A DNA stretch of 56,680 nt, from positions 1-56,680 of the IMG/VR virus record IMGVR_UViG_3300045125_000107. The stretch is one strand, 5' to 3'. Position 1 is the stretch's first letter; every line of letters begins with the position of its first letter. This document shows positions 47,291-56,680 of the stretch, in pieces. The stretch comes from a virus. Its lineage: Duplodnaviria > Caudoviricetes. The notes beneath the pieces were generated by a model. That model saw only the letters and a program-made list of their open reading frames with translations, had not been told where the DNA came from and made no database searches. Made by a program: the position numbers and the translations under genes.

Positions 47291-48330
47291 CCCGGTTTCC
47301 GCCAAGAGTTCCGCAAGCTCGCCCCCTGCCGACGCCCTCATCGTGCTGGGCTGGCTCCTTGACCCCGGTATGGACGACCCGCACCCGGACCTGCCAGACG
47401 ACATGATCGACGCCCTGCAGCCGCTCTACAAGGCCTACCGCGCCCAGTACGACGCGCTGGTCGCCACGAGCGAGGAGGCCTGAGCCATGACGCACACGAC
47501 CAGCGACCCTTCCTCTTCGCGACGGCGACGCACTGCAGGCCCTGCGTAGGCTCCGAGGCTCTGCTCAGCGCCCTGCAGTACGAGCACCCCGAGATCGTCC
47601 GCCACCTGCAGGACCGCGCCGCGACGTACCGCGCCGCCGCAGCGGAGGACGTCGCGTGACCCCGCTGAGCGCCCATGTGGTGCGACCACTGCGCGGCCGA
47701 TGTGCGGCCCGCAGGCATCCGTGCCTGCCTGCGGAAGGTCTGCGAGACCAAGGCGAAACTGGCCGAGCGCGACAGGACCCCGGGCCCACGAGCGGCCGGT
47801 GGCGGCAGTGGCGCGAGGAGCAGCTGGCCAGGATCTCGCCCGAACGCGCGCTCGCCTCGCCAAACTCGAGGCCGACGCCCCGCCGCAAGAGGCTCGGCCA
47901 CCTGCTGACGGGAGACGTCGCATGACCGGCGCTGACTGGGCAACGGTGGCTTGCGTCACCGGGGCAGCGATCATCGCCGCCACCGGTCATGATGGCTGGG
48001 ACTGGTTCCTCTTTTTAGGGTATCTCGCGTTATGACCGACCAATCAGCAGTAGAGCGCCAGAAGGGCAACGGAGAGTGAGGCGCTGCCAGCCCTACGAAC
48101 TGTACAATTGCCAGGCTGACCTACCGGACGCCGGCGGGTCGGCCTCGCTACTACCACACGAAGGTTGCGGCGGTATCAATCGAGGCAGCGCTGGAATTGG
48201 CCGAGCGCCACCTCGCAAATGACAGGCGCAGGATCGCGCACACCATCGAAGATATGGAGGCTTTCGCGTTATGACCGACGCCACCGACCCGCACCACCCA
48301 CCCCCGAACGCACAGCCGAGGAAAACTAAG

Positions 48331-48590
48331 ATGGATAGACCCGAAACAATTTCGCTTCTTCGCCATGCTCATGACGAAGTGATCACCCTTCGCAGGCGCA
48401 TCGCCGAACTGGATGCCCAAGGCCCACGCCTACGACACGATTGCTGCAACGGTGCGGCTCAATGTCCGCGAGGGCGGCGGGTATGCTGGCGTTGATGTTG
48501 CTTGGCGACTGCAGAGGCCGTCAAAGCTTTGATCGCAGAGCGGGAGGCGGAAAGGTCCGAACCCGCAGCCGAGGAGAGCGAGGAAGTGAG
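48331..48590 (+). CDS. Hypothetical protein
   Basis: MDRPETISLLRHAHDEVITLRRRIAEL.PKAHAYDTIA. Confidence 0.45.
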
Positions 48591-50292
48591 CGAGGAACCC
48601 GATCTTCTCCACGCGCGAGGCTTTGATCGCATGGATCGAGAACCGCGTCGTTGGCATGCGTAATGCAGATGGGCGCGCGCAGATGGAAGCCCTTGCACAT
48701 ATCCGCCGCGTGGTCCGCGACAATGGGCATTTGACAGGAGCGCCAGTATGAACACCCCCACACCGAGCAAGCCTGATGCGTGGGAATGCTTTCAGGATGC
48801 CGCCTATTACGACATGTGGTGCGTCCGCCCTCTCGGATGCCGGACATTTGGCGAAGGATTTCACCTGAGTCAACGGTGGCGAAGCGAAGAGCCTGTTGCG
48901 CCTCCATTTGAACCGCCGCCCCGCACCGACCGGAGGATCCCGGAGTGGCACTTCGGCCCATGAACAGCGCACTGAAAGATGGCAGTTACGTCCTCGCCAA
49001 AACAGGCGATCGGATGGCGAGCGGTGAGTCATCTCCAATCGTTGGTTCGGTATCCGCTGGATTGGCCCCGGCGATTGGGCGCTGTTCCCGGCTTCGGGTT
49101 GCGGCGATAGCTGGCTTTGCCAGGCTGGAGCTTCCTCTCCGCCATCACCCCGCGCGCACTGGCCCGACAAGCTGGTGATCGCGCGGGAGGCGTTGGAGGC
49201 GGCTAGGTCATTCTACGGGGCGCACCCGATGGAAAGCGCTGCATTGCTACGGCAGAAGCGCTTGCTGAGCCAGCACTGGCATGGGTGACGGCCATTCGCC
49301 CTGTAGACAGAATCGGCATATTGCGCGATCAGATTGCCGATCAGGTCAGAAAGCCGCTCTCGCCGCAATAGGTGACGCGTGACCGAGCGTTGCGAGGAAC
49401 AAAGAACGCAGCCCGATGCCGCCCGTTACCGCCTGCGGTGCGTCGCCCTCAGCCGGCCGCCGGACATCTGGCGAAGAGTTTCACGTGATCGCGGTGGCGA
49501 AGTTCCAGAGTTCGTATTCACGCGGGAGGACCGAGGATCAGGCGGAGCGGCGATGGCAGGAGTCGAAGGCGCGACGCATATGCTGGCCCGTCGGAGGATG
49601 GAACCCGTGCACCGTCGGAGTCTGCAGCGGCACCGGAGGGTCAAGTGTGATGGCGCACCCCGCCGCAGGGGCGCTAGATGCCACAAAAGACTGCCGATTG
49701 ACGCGGCTGCGGCGCACATGCGAGCGCTGGCCGCGTGCTGGACTGAGTCCTCTGACCCCACGGCGGTGCTGTCAACTGACGCGCTACTGCGATCCGATCG
49801 AAGCCCAATCACTCGCATCGCAGAGCTTGAAGCGCTGGTAGAGCGGGCGCGGAGGAAGGCTGGCGAGTAGCAGGATACGCGGCCATTGACCAGAGGACTG
49901 CGTGCGGATCATGAAGCATGGTGTTTGGAGCGACCCCGTGCCGTGCACATGCGGCTACACTGATGCGTGGAGGACATGGGACGCTCTCACCTCACTGGAA
50001 CCCCGCACATGACCTGCAAGGACTGCGGGCATCGTGACCCGTATTCGCTAAAGCGCTGTTGGGCGCCGCAATCCGCCCGATCTGCGCACTCCGCATCGAG
50101 GCGACTGCGGAAATGCCTTATCGACCACAAAATGTCGGTGACGCGATTTTGCGGAACTGGTCGGGTTTGATCGGGGCATGATCGGCAGTCTGCTTGCTTT
50201 TAACCGTCCACCCACACTCCAGTTCATTGAATGCGCTGCGCAGGTTTTTGGCGTCCGCGCAGGATGGCTGGCTTTTGGAGAGGAGCCTGAGA

Positions 50293-50589
50293 ATGGCTGA
50301 TCAAGAAGAAATGACCATGCTTTATTCGTTCACCGACCAATCGGCCAGCTTTGTGCACGGCTTTGAGGCTGGTGCAATCTCGGTGCGCATGAAGTCAGAC
50401 GAACCGCTCATTGACCTAGGCTACGAGGAAGGTTTTCCGATCCATTCGGCCAACGTTGAACTGCTTCAACGCATGTGCGCGTGCTATGGGTACGATCTGG
50501 AAACGAAGCCGACTGACTACAATGAGTGGACTGCGGCTCGCATGGAAAAGCGGATGAAACCACGCCCCACGCTTGCGGTGGTCTCATGA
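50293..50589 (+). CDS. Hypothetical protein
   Basis: GAGGAG RBS; intact MADQEEMTMLYSFTDQSASFVHGFEAG... Confidence 0.6.
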   Translation: MADQEEMTMLYSFTDQSASFVHGFEAGAISVRMKSDEPLIDLGYEEGFPIHSANVELLQRMCACYGYDLETKPTDYNEWTAARMEKRMKPRPTLAVVS

Positions 50590-51878
50590 CCCGCGAAGAC
50601 CTCATAGCCTGGTGGGATAGGCTGAACCCGGAGCCGCGTGACAGTGCCGTCAACGTCATGGACCTCACAAGCGAAGAGCTTGGTCCGTGGTGCGACTGGT
50701 ACGAACGGCAGGCCGAGTTCGACACCCTCCTCGACGCAGGCGAACCCGCTGGCCAGCGGTGATGACGATGTGCTGAGTCGGGCGAGTTTCGCCGTCATGC
50801 CATGGTCGCGTATGTCGGCCGATATGGGCGGCAACAACTGGAAGCAAGGCGTCGTAGATAAGCAGCGTGCGTCTGGCCTCACTCTACGCAGCCTCCTCGC
50901 GCAGGCATTGCTAAAGCACAGGAGGTCGCTGATATTGAGATACCGAAGGCTTCATGGCCTCGATGGCCGCCGTGTCCTGTGGACATGTGGCAGCCAGTCA
51001 CAATCTTGCGCCGGAGACGGTAAGGCTGCCACGCACCCGACTGCCGCTTTCGACGCGCTGGTGGGCATGACTGGCAGTACGCCATACCGACATCATCGCC
51101 TACAAAAACCTGAGGAGGGTTCAGGCATGATGAGATGCTGAAGAACTGGAAGGCAACACTACAGAGGCGCAGCACAACAGCTAAAGCCATCGCATCGCAA
51201 TGGGCGATGAGTCGCCAATGCCTTTACAATGGTGACGGCGCTGAAGCTGCGCGGCGAGCGTGGCATGAGCGGTGGGCCGGCTCCGCGATGTTAACGAGCC
51301 GTACTGGTATGACTATATCTGACGCAGCGGACGCCGCTTATGCAGCCCTCCGCGCGCACCTGGAGCAGCAGGAGGTGGGGCGTGGGGATGCCTGACCACC
51401 TGCGCGCATGGCTGCGCCTGAACTTCGGCTGGGATGATCTCGACTGGCATCCCGACGACATTCAGGCCTGAGGACACACCTAAGGCCCTGCCGGCTGTTC
51501 GTTCTGTTCGCCATTCTCCGTGATGGCGTCCGACCATCCTCAGCGTCGCCTTGCTGGGCCTCGCTGGCCTACGTGGCGCTCGCCCGGCCTGATCGGCCGC
51601 GCCATACGCAGGGCCGCCGACTCGAAGCATCCTGGCTCGACACTGCGCGGAGGGCGATGCCTGCCACAGCGACGCTCAACCGCGGAGACCAACATGACCG
51701 ACGCATAGGGCTCATCAGCCTGCTGCACTGCGCGTGCGGACGCCTCGCTAAGCGCCGAACTGCGCCGCCTCGAGCTCCCCCAGCTGAGCCGGGCCTGCGT
51801 GGAGTACGGCAAGCGGCGCGGCTATACGGCCTTCCGCGACTTCCATGTGCGCAACCTGATCAACGCGAAGGCCGCAGC

Positions 51879-52097
51879 ATGAGCGGCATTGCAGACGCCA
51901 TCGCCAAAGCCGGCGGCCGCCGCTTCTTCGCCGAGAGCCTCGAACCCGCCCGTGTCCGTGCAGGCCGTGTGCCGAGTGGGTGCGTCGGGGCTGGGTTCCG
52001 CCCACCCGCGCCCTCGAGATCGAGCGCATGTACGGCGCTGGACCGGGCGTACCTCGTAAAGCCCACGCTGGTGGCCCTCGTTGGCGAGCCGGGTTGA
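51879..52097 (+). CDS. Cro/YdaS-like HTH regulator
   Basis: IADAIAKAGGRRFFAESL..VSVQAV.EWVRRGWVPP.RALEIE..YG. Confidence 0.75.
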   Translation: MSGIADAIAKAGGRRFFAESLEPARVRAGRVPSGCVGAGFRPPAPSRSSACTALDRAYLVKPTLVALVGEPG

Positions 52098-54036
52098 TGC
52101 GCTACGGCTCTGGTCTGCAGCAGGCATGAGGCCGCCACAGCCGCGTGGCACCACATGGGCTGGGAGGCCCGCGTTCTTCTCAGAGATTGAGAAGTTTCCC
52201 CGCGCCGTTCTGCAACACCACTATCCCGAACGTCCCGCTGCACGGTGACTTCACCACCATCAAGCGAGAACCAATATGGCAGCATCGACCTCCTTGTCGG
52301 CGGGACGCCCTCGCCAATCCTTCAGCGTTGCCAGGATTGCGAGGCGGACTGGCTGACGACACGTGGCAACCTCGCCCTTGAGTTTTGCCGACTTGCTCAG
52401 CGCGAGCGTCCCCGGTGGATTGTCTGGGAAAATGTCCCCGGTGTCCTGTCATCGAATGGAGGACGGGACTTTGGTTCCATCCTCGGGGCGCTGGAAGACC
52501 TCGGGTATGGTCTCGCGTACCGAGTGCTTGACGCTCAGTACTTCGGAGTGGCCCAGCGCCGCCGCCGTGTGTTCGTTGTCGGATACCTTGGAGACTGGCG
52601 TCCTGCCGCAGCGGTTACTCTTTGAGCGCCACAGCCTGCGCAGGGCATCCGCGCCGCGCCGAGAGAAAGGGGCAAAGCGCTCGCCGCCGATGCTGCAGCA
52701 CGCGCTGAGGCGGTAGCGCGGCAGGGGTGGGCTGGACTCTGGCGTGACACGATTTCGAGTGCGGCGGATTGACTCCAGCAGCCGCAGCGTTAGTAGCCCA
52801 ATTTTGCGCACAGGTGCCGACATGGGCCACGGCTGTGAAGCGCTTGCTACGGTCGGCACGTTGGTGCACGCGCCGCCCGGTGAAGGCGGCGTGCAGGGCG
52901 ACTTTGATCACATCGTGCCGGTAATCAGCCCTGCCTTGAACACGCAGAGCGGATCGCACCACGCGCCGGACACCAAGGCCAATGTGAAGTTCAGCGGCAA
53001 TATGTCCGTGCCCGACTGCCAGACGGATGGTCAACGTCACGCGAAATCCGGGCGGCCACGGCGGCAACAACACCGCGGCGATCGACCGTATACGGGCACG
53101 GATGGCGACACTCGCGGTGCCTGATCCCCGTGCCCAGAAGATCCGCCGGCGCCGTTGCGAACCTCCTGATAGCGGCCCCGATGGTGTCGGCAGGATGGCA
53201 TCGCGTACACACTTGAGGCGCGTGCCGAAGTGCAGGCAGTCGCGTTCGCTCAGAACAGCCGTGACGAGGTTCGTTTGTTGCCTGGCGATGGGGTGGTCGC
53301 GGTAGCGCGCACCCCAAACACAATGTGGTTTTGTGACGGAGGACGGCACAGGCCGTGGGGTCGCCTGGTTCCTGTAGCCTTCTACACCACCCAGATCACC
53401 AGTTCAGCAAACGGCAGCAACCCAAAGCCGGGAGATGCCTGTCACCCGCTCGCAGCCGGCGCACATCCTCCTGTGATTGCCTTCAGCGCCAAGGACTACG
53501 GCGCCGATGCAGCCAGGCGTCTCACCAACCCTGCGCGCAGGCGGCTTCACTGGCAGTCACCAAAACGGCGGCATCATGCCGAGCCGTCGCCTTTGCCCAA
53601 AACAGCCGCGACGAGGTTCGCTTGTTTGGCGATGATGGCCAATCGAGTTGGCGCGTTATCCGCGAAGTCCGGCATGAAGCAGCAGTGCTACATCGCCCAG
53701 CCCTGACAGCATCATGCCGATGAACAGCGGCAAGGACTACAAGGCGCGGCCTACGGATGTGGCGCGGCGGATCATGGCCGGCGGGCCGGTTGGCGGTAAT
53801 CAGGGTGGAGATTTTATCGCCGAAGCATGGGACGTGCGCCGCCTTACGCCGCGCGAATGCGAGCGCCTGCAAGGCTTCCCGACACGTTCACCATGATCCC
53901 GTGGCGCGGGAAGCCAGCAGACCAGCGTCCCTGATGGGCCGCGATATAAGGCTCTCAGAACAGCATGGCCGTGCCGGTGATGCGCTGGATCGGCGAGCGT
54001 ATTCAACTGGTGGACGACTTCATCTCTGTATTCTGA
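52097..54036 (+). CDS. DNA (cytosine-5) methyltransferase with long variable region
   Basis: Motif I YGSVCSG.E, IV LLVGGTP.QSFS, VI WENVPG, VIII QRRRRVF, IX RRLTPRECERLQGFP, X RYKAL.NSMAVPV. Confidence 0.92.
52276..52716 (+). CDS. Overlapping alternative-frame ORF, M.EcoHK31I beta-subunit-like
   Basis: SGKMSP...W.TSGM...CLTLSTSEWPSAAAVCSLSDTLE.G.LPQRY.LSATACAGI.RRA..RGK nested in the MTase gene. Confidence 0.6.
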
Positions 54037-54047
54037 AAGGCTGCCAG

Positions 54048-56080
54048 TGACGAATGTGCAACCTATCTCGCCTCAGCACCGCCGGGTGGAGGCCCCAGTG
54101 TCCTGCGCGACCTGCAGGGCTGGCTCCTGTGGCGCTACGAGCCCGGCGAGACCAAGCCGATCAAGGTGCCCTACTACGCCGACGGGGGCAGGCGTTTCGG
54201 GCCAACGGCAGCCCCAATGACCGTGCCAAGCTGGTCAAGTTCGCTGCCGCGAGGGACGCGGCAGCAAAGCGCGGGATGGACGGGGTGGGCCTCGCCCTCA
54301 TGCCGGAGTTCGGCATCACCGCCACCGACTTCGACCACTGCGTGGACGCGGACGGCAACGTGCCGCGCGAGATCGAGGAGATCGCCGCGCGCACCTACAC
54401 CGAGTACAGCCCCAGCGGGGCGGGCGTGCAGGCCTTCAGCGTGGGCAACTTCGGCGACCGCAAGGCCCCCGCGACAGGCGACACCTACGGTTTCGAGGAC
54501 CTTCGCCAACCGGGGCTTCGTCACATTCACCGGCAACGTCCTGCCGATCTGCGGAGCTCCTCGGCCAAAGAGGACACCGTCGCCGATGACCCCACAATCA
54601 ATTCGATCATCCAGAACCTGTGCGACGCCCGCTTCGGCCCCAAGCGCGTGGACGAGGTCGAAGACGACTTCATGGCGGGCTACGAGCCTCGCCTCGGCCT
54701 CAGCCAGCCGACTATGGAGGCGATCCTCTCCACATTAGCGCCGACATCAGCCGCGACGAGTGGATCAGGGTCGGCATGGCCCTGCACCACGAGTGCGAGG
54801 GCGACGACACCGGCTTCGACCTGTGGAACACGTGGTCTGCCGACGGGGCGACCTACCCCGGAACCGAAGGCCTGCGGGTCCAGTGGGAGAGCTTTGACCG
54901 GCGTGCCGGCGCGGCCCGGAAGCAGGTGACCATGGCCTCAGTCATCAGCATGGCCAAGCGGAACGGCTACACCCACAGCCGCCCCGATAGCGCAACCAGC
55001 CCCGAAGACGTGAAGGCCCGGGTCGAAGCCATCACGGCTGGTGCGCACGGATCGCGGCCGCTTCGGCACCATGCCGATCTACGAGTTGGCCAGCCTGCCG
55101 CCCGGCGAGTGGCTGATCAAGGGCGTGCTGCCCGATGCCGATCTGGCCATCCTCTTCGGGGCGTCAGGCAGCGGCAAGACCTTCGTGGCCCTCGACATGG
55201 CCTTTGCTGTCGCCATGGGCCTGCCGTGGCGCGGGAACCGGGTGAAGCAGGGCAAGGTGGTCATCATCGCCGCAGAAGGCTCTGGTGGCCTCGGCAAGCG
55301 CGCCAGTGCCTACGCCCAGTTCCACGGGATCGACCTGCGCGAGAGCAACCTGCATGTCATACCAGCGGCGCCCAACTTCCTGCGAGGAGGACATCGCCGA
55401 GGTGCTCGCCTCCATCAAGGCACTCGGCGACGTGGCCCTCGTGGTGGTCGATACCCTCGCGCAGGTCACGCCCGGCGCGAATGAGAACGGTGCCGAGGAC
55501 ATGGGCCGGGCGCTCGCCAACCTGCGCATGATCCGCGAGATCAGCAGGCGCCGCTGTCTTGGCGGTCCACCATGCGGGCAAGGATGCCAGCAAGGGCTCG
55601 CGCGGCTGGTCTGGCATCAAGGCCGCAGCGGACGCCCAGATCGAGGTTCTGCGGCACGAGGACGGCCAGCGCGAAATCCATCTGGAGAAGATGAAGGACG
55701 GCGAGGACGGCGTGCGCTTCGGCTTCAAGCTGGAGACCGTCGAGATCGGCACTGACGAGGACGGCGACAGGATCACGTCCTGCGTGGCCGTGGAGGCCGA
55801 GGCTGCCCGTGGCCAAGGCAAACGACCGGCCCAGCAAGGGCGTCGTGCGCTACGGCGCCAATGAGCGCCACGTACTGGAGGTGATCGAGAGCGAATACGC
55901 TGCCGTGGAGAGCGTCAGCGAGACGCTGTTTGTGGCGCGCTGCGCCGAGCTGCTGCCCAAGCCGGATGCAGGAAGCGCGACCAGCGCCTCTTCCTGATGC
56001 GCCGCGCCGTGCAGTCGCTGGTCAAGCGCAAGGACGGCCCGCTCGCCCTTGAACATGGACGTGTAATTTCTTGCACATCA
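54048..56080 (+). CDS. Primase-polymerase / PriCT-2 / AAA_25 helicase fusion
   Basis: WLLWRY...KVPYY, DFDHC, YTEYSPSG.G; RDEWIRVGMALHHE...W..WS (PriCT-2); Walker A GASGSGKT; VVVDTL; VHHAGKD..KGSRGWSG. Confidence 0.9.
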
Positions 56081-56084
56081 GGGG

Positions 56085-56145
56085 TTGACGGGGCAAGCGG
56101 ACGCTTTATACGGGGTGCATCAGCTAACGAAGGAGTACCCCAATG
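56085..56145 (+). promoter_or_regulatory. Repeated promoter/operator cassette, copy 6
   Basis: TTGACG-gggc-AAGCGgaCGCTTTATACG-gggtgcATCAGCTAACGAAGGAG...ATG. Confidence 0.75.
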
Positions 56146-56456
56146 GCAACTCGCACCCGTCACCGACTTTTCGTCCGCCATCGTTGACCGCCTCGGCGAC
56201 ATCAAGGCGCAGATCCGCCGACCTCAAGAAGATCGAGGCCGACCTCGTGCAGCGCCTGCTCGACAGCGAGCAGAGCGCCATCGACGGCCGCTTCTACCGC
56301 GCCACCGTCTCGCAGGTGGCCGAGCGCCAGTCGCTCGACCCCAAGGCCGCCGAGGCCAAGCTGCGCGATCTGGGCGTGGACGGCCGCTGGTTCAGCAAGC
56401 ACCAGAAGACCACCAAGGGCTACGCGACCGTCAAGGTCGTGGCCCGCAAGGCGTGA
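56143..56456 (+). CDS. Hypothetical phage protein
   Basis: IVDRLGDIKAQ.ADLKKIEADL...IDGRFYRATVS...KVVARKA; AGGAG RBS. Confidence 0.65.
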
Positions 56457-56467
56457 GGAGGCACCGA

Positions 56468-56646
56468 TGCACTGCAACATCCTCGCGGCCGAGTTCACCA
56501 AGGGGAGGGCTGCGCGCCCCTCCACACTCGATCTCAACCGCATCATCGACGGGCGCCGCACGCGGTCATCAGGCTTTAACGTGGCGACCAAGCGCGAGGC
56601 GCGTCAGATCGCCAAGCAGTACAACGCCACCCCGTGGAACTTCTGA
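56468..56646 (+). CDS. Small hypothetical protein
   Basis: GAGGAGG RBS; ...VATKREARQIAKQYNATPWNF*. Confidence 0.55.
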
Positions 56647-56680
56647 GGAGACACTGACATGGACCGTGACTACTGGCGCA

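Noticed and set aside
49180-49380. ORF-free gap as a possible tRNA or ncRNA
   Set aside because: No cloverleaf, T-loop or strong stem was seen; it is probably a frameshifted small CDS.
5201-56145. ATCAGCAAC repeats as a CRISPR or mini-array
   Set aside because: Copies are dispersed over kilobases, each before an RBS and ATG, with no regular spacers or cas genes.
1-56680. Pervasive frameshifts as pseudogenisation, programmed frameshifting or stop-codon recoding
   Set aside because: Indels hit essential genes (capsid, terminase, portal) at random with no shared slippery motif, and TAA, TAG and TGA all end well-defined genes. Sequencing error explains this best.

Overview
The window is most of the genome of a high-GC tailed dsDNA phage (Caudoviricetes, probably short-tailed/podovirus-like; host unknown, promoter style fits Alphaproteobacteria). 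The sequence is a noisy long-read consensus with many indels, so nearly every gene is frameshifted. Gene calls are stitched across frames and coordinates are approximate; about 1-3700 is almost unreadable. Family names are recognised from memory of motifs, not from database searches. Layout: (+) 1-10.7 kb replication genes (family A DNA polymerase, VRR-NUC nuclease, DUF6011-like protein, SNF2 helicase with an HNH-containing intein). (-) 42.8 down to 10.8 kb is one late operon: TerS, TerL, portal, gp49-like, GroES, scaffold, cement protein, major capsid, an inserted Hef-like endonuclease, head/adaptor proteins, ferritin-like protein, amidase and holin, tail fibre, nozzle and internal virion proteins. 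(-) 43.2-44.1 kb is a stand-alone RepA/AAA_25-like helicase next to a long palindrome. (+) 44.2-56.7 kb holds early/accessory small ORFs, a Cro-like gene, a C5 methyltransferase with an overlapping beta-subunit-like ORF, and a primase-helicase. No integrase, tRNA, rRNA, CRISPR array or reverse transcriptase was seen. Best leads: six copies of a promoter + palindromic operator + ATCAGCAAC leader cassette, a shared F-A-x-G-G-L-A motif in internal virion proteins, the HNH intein, and the second helicase with an ori-like hairpin.
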